Shown here one piece after another: positions 41,275 to 54,420 of a stretch of 64,000 nucleotides of DNA. The notes under the pieces were generated by a model, which had not been told where the DNA came from, searched no databases, and was given only the letters and a program-made list of their open reading frames with translations. Position 1 is the first letter of the stretch; each line of letters opens with the position of its first letter. The stretch covers positions 22,506,001-22,570,000 of the forward strand of contig OX597825.1 of the NCBI GenBank assembly GCA_951406725.2, read 5' to 3'. The stretch comes from Octopus vulgaris. Its lineage: Eukaryota. The position numbers and the translations under genes are program-made.

Positions 41275-41681
41275 AAATTATCAACCATCGTACAAACAAT
41301 AACTCTGAGCACCTTTTCAAACTCCACCCATCTAACACCCGTGGGCATATTTACAAAGTCAGAAAACAGGACAGCTCCCATGACTTCAGGAAACATTTTT
41401 TCATGCTAAGTGTTGCTGAAGCATGGAACAAACTGCCGGCATCAGTTGTTAGTTGTCGGAGCACTGCATCCTTCAAAACTTCCATGCTTCCTGAGAGATT
41501 CGCCAAAACTACACCTCATTTTCTCCCCTCCATGCACACACAAGCATGTATCTGACTCATATATTGTTCGCTTTCCAGAGATTTTTACATTACTGCATGT
41601 AATTTATATGCACTTTCTGACAAGTTGTGGTGCACCTGAGCACTGTATACAATAATTTCATTATTATTATTATTATTATTT
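41275..41681 (+). mobile_element. CR1-clade LINE 3' end with an (ATT)n tail
   Basis: NTRGHIYKVRKQDSSHDFRKHFFMLSVAEAWNKLPASVVSCRSTASFKTSM matches the CR1 ORF2 C-terminal TRGH..K..R..FF..RV...WN.LP..VV...S...FK motif. Confidence 0.85.
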
Positions 41682-42185
41682 TAACTGCTCTCTGTGAATC
41701 AACCGATCAGCTGCTTTTGTCAAAGTGGTTTCAGCGCCAATCCTGGTCTCACCCATCAGCGCCATGCTCTCTTTACTCCAAGCCGGCTTCACGCAACTTC
41801 ACATCAGGAAACTTGCATACCAAATACCACAGACAAATAGACAGATAGACACACACACACACACACATACACGTACACATGCACATGCAAACACACGTTG
41901 ACACACTCACATTCAAGTTTATAATAAAAATATTTTTGCATTAAACTAAAGACTTACCCAATACTTTGTAGAATACAAAATTTTTATTCTTTAACAAGCA
42001 TAGTATTGACCGTCTTCGAAGTTTAGGTCAGCTAATCCATAATCCGGCTGTCTGATGACGTCCTATTTGAACGAAACTTTGGTTTCACTAAACTCTTTTT
42101 AACACTAGAAACCCGGACTTTTCACCTACTTTAAGGACCAAAATGTATCAAATGACGAAAGAAATTTATCCTTACGAAATAAAAA

Positions 42186-42813
42186 GGAGTGGCTTTGTGG
42201 TAGGTAGCTTGCTTCCGAAACACATGGTTCCGGGTTCAGTCCCACTGCGTGTCACCTTGGGCAAGTGTCTTCTACTATAGCCTCGGGCCTACCAATGCAT
42301 TGTGAGTGTATTTTAATTTGAAGACGGGAACTGAAAGAAGCCCGTCGTATATATGTATGTATATATATTTGTGTGTGTATATGTTTGTGTGTCCATGCCC
42401 CCCCCCCCCAACATCGCTTGACAACCAATGCTGGTGTGTTTACGTCCCCGTAACCTAGCGGCCCGGCAGAAGAAACCGATAGAATAAGTACTAGACTTAC
42501 ACAAAGAATAAGTCTTGGGGCCGATTTACTCAGCTAAAAGGCGGTGCTCAAGTATGGCCACCTGGCAGAAACGTTAGAGCGCCGGGCGAAATGCTTAGCG
42601 GTATTTCGTCTGTCATTACGTTCTGAGTTCAAATTCCGCCGAGGTCGACTTTGCCTTTCATCATCTGGGGGTCGATAAATAAAGTACCAGTTTCGCACTG
42701 GAGTCGATGTAATCGACTTAATCCCTTTGTCTGTCCTTGTTTGTCCCCTCTGTGTTTAGCCCCTTGTGGGCAATAAAGATATACACATTCAAATGTCTGA
42801 AACAAGTAAACAG
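42186..42813 (+). mobile_element. SINE family A with a family-B copy (42562-42783) nested in its 3' end
   Basis: A body to ..tatggcca, then B from ctggcagaaacgttag to caataaagat, then the A tail aaatgtctgaaacaagtaaa resumes. Confidence 0.85.
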
Positions 42814-42829
42814 TAAGAGAGTATTCATC

Positions 42830-43420
42830 ACAAGTTTTTTATAGACCCCATATATTTCTGTGGTTCTGTTTCGGAATTTTGTTTTCACACATGTACGTCT
42901 GACTTTGATTCTAGAGGTAGATGTTTCCACAATAGGGCGTTTGATTGAACTTTAACAACCGCCAAGGGAATCACCAAAATGTACTTCAGTAACTTTTGGG
43001 ATCATCGACTAATGACTGAGTTCGAAACACTTCTGTATATCACCCAGAGCGACATCCAAAATATAGTAAAAATACTTGCTTTGACTGAATAAAACCATTT
43101 GGTCGAACACGTCTACGCCTAACTTACCTTTGTCATAAAAATATATGGTGCCAGGATTCTTGGGGCTATTTTCAGAAGGATCTTCTACATGATGATGTAA
43201 GATACTCCAAGCAACAGATTTTGCATTGGTACGATGCAAGTGTGGGAGTTAGGCTTCTCTATGGATTTCATAACAACAGCTCCGTGTACTTATTTCAACT
43301 GTTTTACTGCTTCTGATAATACTCTTCTGTTCTGACAAATTGTTTCGACTATACTGCAGTTTTGTTTTCCCACCTGTAAAGCCTTACTGAATATCTAAAG
43401 CTTTGTCACATGCATTTATA
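42830..43420 (-). mobile_element. piggyBac-like transposase remnant
   Basis: KNPGTIYFYDKGKLGVDVFDQM and YFYYILDVA resemble piggyBac KP..I..YN..KGGVD..DQ and F..LD.A motifs. Confidence 0.7.
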
Positions 43421-44636
43421 AACAAAAGCAAGTTTTCAAAAGTTTCAAAAGTTCCCCATGAGTCAATTGACGGTTGTGGTCCTTATAGGTAGTTTGTGGT
43501 TTATGTTTTTGTTTTTTTACATTTGGTGCAAACAAACTATAATTTATAGTATGTATCGATATCACAAAACTATGAAAATTCAAGAACCATGATGTCAAAA
43601 TCTACAATAGTTTTTGAATTGTGTGCAATTGAGGTTCCAAAATGGGTCAATTGATATATTCGGTTCTATATGTGCGTGTGTGTATGTGTATGGTTATGTA
43701 TGTGTATGTGTGTGTTTGAGTGTGTTTGTGTGTGCGTATGTGTGTGCATGTGTGTGTATGTATATGTAAGTATGTATATATTATATTACATAAAATATGT
43801 ATTAAGTTAAAAATACAATGCCCGGTTAGCCAGATGGGTAAGGAGAAAGATAAGAAGAAATTAAATACAGATTAAAATAAAGCAGAATAAGATACAATAG
43901 AGGGGAAAAAAAGGAAAATAAAAAGAATTAAAACAATACAAAATACAATAAATATAGTGGAGTTTTAATTTTCAATAAAGGTTTTATCTTGTATAATAGG
44001 TGGATGGATATAATTTTTTTTAAAGCTCAAGGATATGAAAGCTATATAGATTCTTGGATGTGAATGTATATATTTTTCTTGAGAAAAATTCTTAGTTTCA
44101 CACACTCTCAATCCATTCAAGTGGGAAAAGGAATGATACTAGAACGGACCGCCAAAGGTGAGAATATATATAGGACGCAGAATCCAGGATTCTGTTCTTA
44201 TGAGCCTACGATTCCGTTAAGGCTTTTGATACTTTCTGTTTTTTATACGGTTTATTAAAGTTATATTTAATCTTGTTGGGAAAAGCTCGATTAAACCACG
44301 AATAGAGCTCGATTACTCGCTTCTGATGACAAGGAATAGATTATACTATTACACTAATTTGTTTAATTCCCAAAATAGTGCAAGTACTACGACGTGGGAA
44401 TTGTTGAATGCAAGCGGCATAATATAGTGGCATGGTACGTAGCTATGTAATGCAAATAAAGACACACACATACACACACATACACACACGCACACACACA
44501 CACACACGCATATTCCTGGATATAGGGGGAAATAGACAAAATATGAAGATGCAAGGTCTCTATTAAGTAACTGATTTTACATGCGTAACTAGAGAGAGAA
44601 ATATCTCTTTAGGTTTAGTTTTACCCAACCTTCATC

Positions 44637-44806
44637 AGGCGTAGGAGTTGCTGTGTGGTAAGTAGATGATTTACGAACCACATGGTTCCGGGTTCAGTCC
44701 CACTGCGTGGCACCTTGGGCAAGTGTCTTCTACTATAGCCTCAGGCCAACCAAAGCCTTGTGAGTGGATTTAGTAGACGGACACTGAAAGAAGCCCGTCG
44801 TATATA

Positions 44807-44861
<55 letters not shown>

Positions 44862-45078
44862 ATACGTTTGTGTGTCTGTGTTTGCCCTTCCAGCATCGCT
44901 TCACAACCGATCCTGGTGTGTTTAAGTCCCCGGAACTTAGCGGTTCGGCAAAAGAGACCGATAGAATAAGTACTAGGCTTACAAAGAATAAGTCCTTGGG
45001 TAGATTTACTCGACTAGAAGCGGTGCTCCAGCATGGTCACAATCATATGACTGAAACAAGTAAAATAGTAAAAGAGTA
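44637..45078 (+). mobile_element. SINE family A, full length
   Basis: Colinear with other A copies. Confidence 0.9.
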
Positions 45079-45544
45079 GGACCGGTTAGAGTGGAAACAG
45101 TAGCTTCTTTCTATTTGCACCATTGAACTGGGCCTCGAGTATATTAACCGAGTCACGAGTATTAACAACACTTTATAATTAACTCTTAAAAGAAATATAC
45201 GGTAATGCGATAAACAAATGTGGAGTATTTTTCCTTATAATAACATGCGATTGTTTTCTTGTTGGTATATTTCAATTTATAAATTACTCGTTAGTAATTA
45301 TTTCACGTTATACTAATTAAAGAAAGTTGCTCGTGTTCGAGTGTAAACGTACTACGTATAATTTTTTTTTTAAAATTCTTTTTATGAGCAAGAATACTTA
45401 TTTTTCTTCTCTGATTAATTAATATATTGTAGGATTTTGTTGCCAGAGGTAATATGAAAATGACTACGCCATGAATATTATGGGTCTCTGTTCACAGAAA
45501 GAATCAATATATCATTGCTAGAAAAACACGACGCACATATAATT

Positions 45545-46308
45545 CATTCTACTTAAAGCACAAGGCCAGAAATTCGGGGGAAGGAGGCTAATCCATTACA
45601 TAGACCCTAGTGTTTCATTGGAACTTAATTTATCGACCATGAAAGGAGTGAAGGCAAAATCCACTTCGGTGGAAGATGAATTCAGAACGAAGCGACGAGC
45701 GGAATACCTATTTCTTTACTACCCACAAGGGGTTAAACACAGAGAGGACAAACAAGGACAGATAAAAAGGATTAAGTCGATTATAGCGACCCCAGTGCGT
45801 AACTGGTACTTATTTAATCGACCCCGAAAGGATGAAAGGCGAAGTCGACCTCGGCGGAATTTGAACTCAGAACGTAACGGCAGACGAAATACCTATTTCT
45901 TTACTACCCACAAGGGGTTAAACACACTGAGGACAAACAAGGACAGAAAAACGGATTAAGTCGATTATAGCGACCCCAGTGCGTAACTGGTACTTATTTA
46001 ATCGACCCCGAAAGGATGAAAGGCGAAGTCGACCTCGGCGGAATTTGAACTCAGAACGTAACGGCAGACGAAATACCTATTTCTTTACTACCCACAAGGG
46101 GTTAAACACACTGAGGACAAACAAGGACAGAAAAACGGATTAAGTCGATTATAGCGACCCCAGTGCGTAACTGGTACTTATTTAATCGACCCCGAAAGGA
46201 TAAAAGGCGAAGTCGACCTCGGCGGAATTTGAATAATGAACGTAGCGGCAGACGAAATACCGCTAAGCATTTCTTCCAGCGCACTAACGATTCTGCCAGC
46301 TCGCCGCC
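45545..46308 (-). mobile_element. SINE family B: three head-less ~184-bp units nested inside an older B copy
   Basis: Junction aatacctatttctttac at 45703, 45888 and 46072; old-type head 46261-46308 and old-type body/tail 45545-45702. Confidence 0.88.
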
Positions 46309-46340
46309 TACGCACGCACACACACACACACACACACACA

Positions 46341-46381
<41 letters not shown>

Positions 46382-46686
46382 TTGATGATATGTAAAGGTG
46401 AAAATACGGTACACATATACATAATATGTAAAAGTGAAAGTATGGTAGACGTTACCAAAGCACATTTTTTGTGAGTGATAGCCAGCTGTGGCTGTTTCTT
46501 TTGATCGAAGGATCAAAAGTAAGCTTCGAGTAGTCTATAGAATATACAAAAACAACTTTCGGGAACAATAGTGGTTTATTGGCGTAGAAGGATGTAATTT
46601 TTTCCCACATGGAGATTCGATATGTTGAAAAAAGTTATTTTACAGTTTACAGTTTGAAACTAGGATTGGAATATATGCTAGTAAAA

Positions 46687-47118
<432 letters not shown>

Positions 47119-47344
47119 CGTCTGTATGTGTTTGTGTCTTCCTGGGAGCAAACATTATTGCGTGTATAGTGGACACATGCTTGTTTCTTATATCAAAGAG
47201 ATGACAAGCTACTTTCACATTTGGTTTGGTTGATTACGAGTATCGACAATGGCTAGTAGCAGAACTCGAGTAGAATCTCATTCTTTTGTTATATTAAGCA
47301 TATTCACAGACACATATACACACACCTACAGATTTATGAATGTA

Positions 47345-47580
47345 TATGTTGCTACACATCGCTGGTCACAATGCGCTTCGTATTGTTTTAGCTAAGCGAG
47401 CAGGCCAACAGAAGTAAGTGTGGCGAAAGAGTACAGTAGGGGTCACAATCATCCCCTGCCGGAGCCTCGTGGAGCTTTGGGTGTTTTCGCTCAATAAACA
47501 CAACACCCGGTCTGGGAATCGAAACTGCGATCCTACGACCGCGAGTCCGCAACCCTAACCACTGGGCCATTGCGCCTCCA
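47345..47580 (-). mobile_element. tRNA-derived SINE (family C type)
   Basis: Reverse complement ggaggcgcaaTGGCCCAGTGGttagggttgcggactcgcggtcgtaggatcgcaGTTTCGATTCCC: A and B boxes but no tRNA acceptor stem. Confidence 0.75.
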
Positions 47581-47642
47581 CATATATATATATATATATG
47601 TATACACAAACAAATACACACACATATATATATATATGTATG

Positions 47643-47702
<60 letters not shown>

Positions 47703-47723
47703 ATACATACATACATGCATACA

Positions 47724-47776
<53 letters not shown>

Positions 47777-49285
47777 CGATTACGGATTACATCAGTTGTT
47801 CTTTATTATAGAAAATTCACCACACCGTATTGATTTATGCTTTATGACGTGTGCAGTTTACAAACGGATTAGAGATCATGTAACTCTACCTAGAAGCGAA
47901 AGTAGCGTATGACGGTCAGGAGTTCAACATTGACAGAAGCACCCACCTTTCAGTTGGAAGATTCAAGTGCACATCGCAAGTGCTCAACTATTTTTAGTAT
48001 CGTAATGTTATGTTGTTTTAGTGATTTAGCTCTTACTTAAAGCCTCAATGTGACAATGCTTTCTTATTATTGTTCACCTCTTATCATTTCATCCAATGCC
48101 TACGTGTCTGTGTGATTACATACGTATAAATATTAAAGTATGGTTTTTGTTTTAATGTAAGTTCAAGAATAACAATGGAAGATTTTCTGAGCTGTTAACT
48201 TTATACTTAAAGTAGATCCACATGGTTCGTGAAGATCAAATTCACTAGGAATTTTACTGTGGATTATGATACAGATATATTTCCATATATGAACACAAAT
48301 AAATATATTTCACGTCCCAGCATTGCATCAGTCTTCATACTGTCACCAGTAAGTGATTACAATAATAAAGACTAGAAACGAAAATAACATTTTTCTTTCG
48401 TATATTATTTTAATTCTCGATGTGAAGAATTACTAATGTGAGAAGATTTACATATTTTGCGACATGTATACCTGTACAAATCCTATTAGTTATGAAACAT
48501 TCGTGATGCGGAGATAAATCATACCCAAATGATTACCAGTTTTATTTTTTGAAGGAGGATAACGAAGGAGACATTCCTTCAAATTTTCAGGAACAAGTCT
48601 CTACCGTTACTCGCTGCTAGAATTTAGTAGACATATGCTTCAAAACAAAAGTCTTAGACATGTACCGGGCGTGGACCTTTTCTACTTGGCTTTAGCTTTT
48701 CAATTTCTTCAATTTTTGTTCCATCTGATTTCATATTTGGTGCATGGAAGTAGTTTTGTATGGTAATGGAAAATAATTTCGTCTTACATCATAAATAAAG
48801 TGTTAATAATTTCCAAAGTTTGCAAATTGAGTGTAATTTTAGTCAGTCGAAAGCCGGACATATAAGTGCTTGTTTTTATAGTTACAAACGAAGCAGTTAC
48901 TAAGTTTCTTACCCTGGTGGTCACACACGCAGTCACACACAAAATGACCGCATCGAAATACTGTTTCCTGACAGGGTAAAAATTAACTTAAACCTCTGTA
49001 ACTTAAAAAAAAGAATTTTCTGGAAAATGTGGATTACCTTCTGTGATTCAGCGTGAAAAATTAAATCAATACACCAAATTTTGAAATTTTCATTAACTTT
49101 AAAATTTCCCCACGTTTCCTAACAAAATGATCCCAGAGTGTAAAATTAAATTACTGACAAGGAACGTGATACGTCATCAAATTCATTAGTTTGCATCTGT
49201 CTTTTGCTATTTGCTATGAGAGGAAGCTTCTTAGAGTAGAAATACTGCTACGTTATTGAAGTTTACTACGTAATCCTTGGTCTTT

Positions 49286-49444
49286 GAGACCATCAAATCT
49301 TCCAGTAACACCAAGGATGAACGGAAGGCAAGGACTATGGCAGCATTCACCAGCTTAGAAAAGGATTCTGTGCAGTAGAAATGCAGGAGATTCGGAAGTC
49401 GTCTGGAGGCCGTGGCTGAAACCAGTGGCGATTTTATTAAATAA
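49286..49444 (+). mobile_element. Tc1/mariner-superfamily transposase C-terminal remnant
   Basis: SNTKDERKARTMAAFTSLEKDSVQ*KCRRFGSRLEAVAETSGDFIK* matches the Tc1/maT C-terminal pattern (C..F..RLEAV....G..I). Confidence 0.7.
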
Positions 49445-49596
49445 ATTTACTCTTTAGTATTTGAAGATATTTATATTTAATTTTGGTAAATATATCTCTT
49501 AAAATGAGATGTCAGTGCTACTTTCCTTTTTGCGTAATTTTGATAATTTCTTCACCGCCCCCTGTATATATAGATACGTTTATATGCATATGTATG

Positions 49597-49640
<44 letters not shown>

Positions 49641-50036
49641 TACGAACATACACACACACACACACACATATAATTTTAAATGTGCATTCTCGTTCGCTTG
49701 AATGTACTTAAATTGAAACTTATAAATTCCTGAAATATTGGAAATATATTTTCTCATTGTTCGGCATAGTGTATTTATATGTGTATATGCGTGTCTATAT
49801 ATATAAATGCGTGTGTATGTGTGTGTGTGTTGGCGTGTGGGTGTATGCGTTCCTGTGCATATATGTGAGCGTATATATATCTATTTATAGTAGGCTGTGT
49901 ATATTCGTAAATTTAATATTGTTAATGTATCAGGTTTTAAATTAGATTCCGAACACATCATTGCATATATATCTTGTCCCAACAAAGTGTCAATTTATTT
50001 CTCACCACTTTATTAAACTAAGCCAGTTGCGAAACT

Positions 50037-50068
<32 letters not shown>

Positions 50069-50272
50069 CTTAATCCAAACAAGAAAACACGAAAAAACAC
50101 AACAACGCGAGGACGTGGAACAAATATAGTATTATTGGACGCGCAGGAAAGAAGGTAAGAAGGAGGGTTTAACGTTTCCAGCGGAGCTCTTCGTCGGAAA
50201 CAGAGGAGAAGGAAAGATCCAGAGAAGGGAAGACAGAGGAAAAAAATCGCCAACGGTACACACGAGGTCACA
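50069..50272 (-). mobile_element. TA-flanked mini-element with a hammerhead-like motif
   Basis: 50167-50201 reverse complement GTTT|CCGACGA|AG|AGC-tcc-GCT|G|GAAA|CG|TT|AAAC; TA tracts on both sides. Confidence 0.6.
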
Positions 50273-50305
50273 TATATGTACACATATATATATATATATA
50301 TATGC

Positions 50306-50353
<48 letters not shown>

Positions 50354-50445
50354 GTATATATATATATTCATATATATATATATATATATATATAACATAT
50401 ATATATATATATGCGTGTATATATATATATATACACATATATATA

Positions 50446-50477
<32 letters not shown>

Positions 50478-51409
50478 GAAATATATATAGAACATAGAAA
50501 TCCGGTAAAGGTGGTCAATTGGACCATCTCCAAGAACAACGTTCAACTCTACTAAATGTCACCACTCTGTTCGAAGAATCAAAACCATCGGAGAAGGAAC
50601 AAATAGTATGTACATATTTTTATTCGTCGCCCGACATCGGTATTTTATCCACACATAGAGCACGCTTGTGTCTAAAAGACCTATAGAGCAACGATCTCGT
50701 ATGTAGCCTTTTTGTTGTTGGCGTATATGTAGTTTCAAACTTCTTTGTTTTACAACTATGAGATGTATTGTTATTGTCACGATTTTTTCTTACTATAAGC
50801 AACAACGAACACGTTTCGTCAATATAAAAGTCTTTATTAGACAAAAAATAACATTATCAAAACATGAAGGAAAAACAAAATAAATTGCGGCTTATAGACC
50901 AGTAATTGTAACGGTAGTAATTGTAACTTCACTCGCTAGTTGCTAGTAATAGTGTCGAAGTGAGGGAAAGAGTAAGGAATGCACAATGCTGACTTAAGAG
51001 GAAGAAAGGATAAAGGTGGCATTGTCTTCGCACGCCACACGAATAGAACAGAGTGGCGTCATTTAGTGAAGATGACCTGGAAGATGCTCCTCTTCGACTA
51101 CTATCGTAAATAGCAGTAGCTTTCTTTAACCGAATGCACGTCGTTGATTGGTTGAAATTACCCAAATACGACAACTTCTCACATACGAAATATTGTCCAA
51201 AACGTTCAGAGTAAACCGTGTTCTACGTGGGAATTTCTACGGGTATCCGAAGTTTCAGTAAAAAAAAAAATAATCAATTAAAATATCTGTGATTGAAATG
51301 GAATAGATCGAAATTGAAAAACGTGTAGTTGGATTTAGATAGACTTATTCTCATATATAACGGATACTAAGTAGTTAAATGAATATATACCTCCCATACA
51401 CCTCCCGAA

Positions 51410-51489
<80 letters not shown>

Positions 51490-51491
<2 letters not shown>

Positions 51492-51832
51492 CGGAGATGC
51501 ACTTGCATGACAAGTGATTTGATCTGAAATCGTGTTTCTGAAACGAAAACAATTGCAGCGTGGAAGGTGTTTGTATGCCAATTAAGAAACACACAAAAGC
51601 CGTTCGATTCACTTCAATATTTAAGTTTAATTTGTCAAAATATTTTCATCGCTTTGAGACCGCGATCTTTTCACTGACAAAAATGCAGCACGGATTTTTG
51701 TCAGTGAACAGGTCGCGGTCTTAAAGCGACGAAAATATTTTGCCAAATTGAACTTAAATATTGAAGTGAATCGAACGGCTTTTGTGTGTTTCTTAATTGG
51801 CTTACAAACACCTCCCACGCTGCAATTGTTTT
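51490..51832 (+). mobile_element. Fold-back Penelope-like element: ~139-bp arms, 9-nt loop, left tail, in (TA)n; G3-C8 hammerhead-like motif at 51697-51747
   Basis: Arms 51546-51684 and 51694-51832, loop gcagcacgg, tail 51490-51545; same family as 11889-12026. Confidence 0.88.
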
Positions 51833-52012
51833 TATATATATATATATATACACATATATATGTTATATATATACATATATATGTTATATATATACATATA
51901 TATTATATATATATACATATATATATTTTATATACATATACATATTATATATATATACATATATATTATATATATATATATATACATATATTTTATATAT
52001 ATATACATATAG

Positions 52013-52050
<38 letters not shown>

Positions 52051-52109
52051 TTATATATATATATATATTCAATGTAATGATATCGTTTAAAATTTTGTCA
52101 AAAGGCCCT

Positions 52110-53332
52110 CTATTCCAGAGGAGGAGGTAAGTCAAACGAGTTTGACATTGTCTTTCATACTTTCGGGGTCGATAAAATAAGTACTTGTTGCATACTGGGG
52201 TCGATCTAATTGACGGGTTCTCTCCACCAAAATTTCGGGCTTTGTGCCTAGAGTAGTAAACATTCTGCTAGCTCGCCGCCTTGAACTTGCATTTTATTCT
52301 ACTTTTAATAATTAAACTCCATGTTGCCTGTAAACTTTTGAAAGCGACACATTAGCTGCCATCGAACCCGAAAAGATAAAGGGAAAAGTCGTGCACGGCG
52401 AAATTTGACCTTAGAAGGTAAAAACGGACACAATGCCGTTAAGCTTTTTGCCCAGCGCGCTAACGTTTCTGCCATCTCGCCAAAGTGGTGAGCTAGCATA
52501 GCAGAAACGTTAGCTTGCCGAGGCAAAGTCAACCTCGGCGGAATTTGAACTCAGAACGTAGCGGCAGACGAAATACCTATTTCTTTACTACCCACAAGGG
52601 GCTAAACATAGAGGGGACAAACAAGGACAGACACACGGATTAAGTCGTTTACATCGAGCCCCAGTGCGTAACTGAGGATAAATTAAGTACCAGTTACGCA
52701 CTGGGGTCGATTAAATCGACTTAATCCGTGTGTTTGTCCTTGTTTGTCCTCTCTGCGTTTAGCCCCTTGTGGGTAGTAAAGAAATAGGTATTTCGTCTGC
52801 CGCTACGTTCTGAGTTCAAATTCTGCCGAAGTGGACTTTGCCTTTCATCCTTTCGGGGTCGATTAAATAGGTACCAGTTACGCACTGGGGTCGATATAAT
52901 CGACTTAATCCGTTTGTCTGTCCTTGTTTGTCCTCTCTGCGTTTAGCCCCTTGTGGGTAGTAAAGACATAGTTATTTCGTCTGCCGCTACGTTCATAGTT
53001 CAAATTCCGCCGAGGTTGACTTTGCCTTTCATCCTTTCGGGGTCGATTAAATAAGTACCAGTTACGCACTGGGGTCGATATAATTGACTTAATCCGTTGT
53101 CTGTCCTTGTTTGTCTTCTCTGTGTTTAGCCCCTTGTGGGTAGTAAAGAAATAGGTATTTCGTCTGCCGCTATGTTCTGAGTTCAAATTCCGCCGAAGTC
53201 GACCGTGTCTTTCATCCTATCGGGAGGTCAATAAATTAAGTAACAGTTGCGCATGGGGGTTTGTCTAATCGACTTATACCCCTTCCCCACTCCCCCAAAA
53301 TATCGTGCCTTGTGCCTAGAGTAGAAATGATT
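52110..53332. mobile_element. Complex family-B SINE cluster: old copies, head-to-head heads, an inverted segment and a head-less tandem array
   Basis: Minus head ends ~52482 and plus head starts ~52486; inverted body 52522-52673; plus units with gaaataggtatttcg-type junctions near 52785, 52970 and 53153; old-type tail to 53332. Confidence 0.85.
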
Positions 53333-53579
53333 GTGCCGTCTGGAATTTGCATTTTATTCTTCTTTGAATAATTAAATTTCATATTGCTTGTAAATCTGTA
53401 AAAGAGATATTTTGAGAGCGAGGCTTTAGCTGCCAAAGATAAAGAAAAAGTAGAATATTTAGAATGAGTGCAGTTCATAGTTCAATTTCTATTAATTTTA
53501 TATAATTTTAAGAGGCGTGTCCAGAAGATTTGTAAAGGTAATGAATACGCTCAATAATATCCCCGATTGCCTACATGTA

Positions 53580-53639
<60 letters not shown>

Positions 53640-53980
53640 TACACGTACACACACATGGATACATATACACAAACTTTGTGACTTGGCAAATCGTAATTAT
53701 AAATTCACACACGAAATGCCACAAATTCAAAATATCTGGGATTCTAAGTTAGATTTGCTGACCGAAGCCATCTTAGTTATTTTAATATATCCATATTTCA
53801 TTTATTTCACGCACGCACGGGCATGTGTGTTTGCGCATGCGTGTGCGTGCGTATCTATGTGACCGTTTATTTGATAATTAAATTATATTTGATAGCCTTA
53901 TCAATATTTCAATGACTGATTCATCTGTTTTAAATTATTTCAATTCGTTTCTCTCCTGTGTCTTTTACAGTTGTTACCTG

Positions 53981-53984
<4 letters not shown>

Positions 53985-54044
<60 letters not shown>

Positions 54045-54049
54045 CATTA

Positions 54050-54128
<79 letters not shown>
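53985..54128. repeat. (ATT)n microsatellite
   Basis: Direct reading; continues after the B SINE at 54343-54419. Confidence 0.95.
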
Positions 54129-54341
54129 AGGGCGGCGAGCTGGCAGAAACGTTAGCACGCCGGGCGAAATGCTTGGCGGTATTTCGTCAGCCGCTGCGTT
54201 CTGAGTTCAAATTGCGCCGAGGTAGACTTTGCCTTTCATCCTTTCGGGGTCGATGAAATACATACCACTTACGCACTGGGGTCGATATAATAAACATAAT
54301 CCGTTTGCCTGTCCTTGTTTGTCCTTGTGGGTAGTAAAGAA
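54129..54341 (+). mobile_element. SINE family B inserted in (ATT)n
   Basis: ggcggcgagctggcagaaacgttagcacgccgggcgaaatg..GAGTTCAAATT..gtagtaaaga. Confidence 0.9.
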
Positions 54342-54375
54342 CTTATTATTATTATTAATTTTATTATTATTAATT

Positions 54376-54420
<45 letters not shown>

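Noticed and set aside
42052-42088. Canonical CTGATGA...GAAA hammerhead core
   Set aside because: Stem II pairs poorly and no stem I complement was found; may be a decayed motif but is unsupported
43800-44400. Possible additional Penelope GIY-YIG remnant on the minus strand
   Set aside because: Peptide similarity too weak to support by eye
44610-44640. Minus-strand CTGATGA-AGGTT motif
   Set aside because: Lacks the GAAA and is cut by a SINE insertion; cannot be called
45703-46260. CRISPR-like regular repeat
   Set aside because: Units are contiguous SINE bodies with no unique spacers, in a eukaryotic context
47500-47580. tRNA gene
   Set aside because: A and B boxes are present but there is no acceptor-stem pairing and it continues into a SINE body
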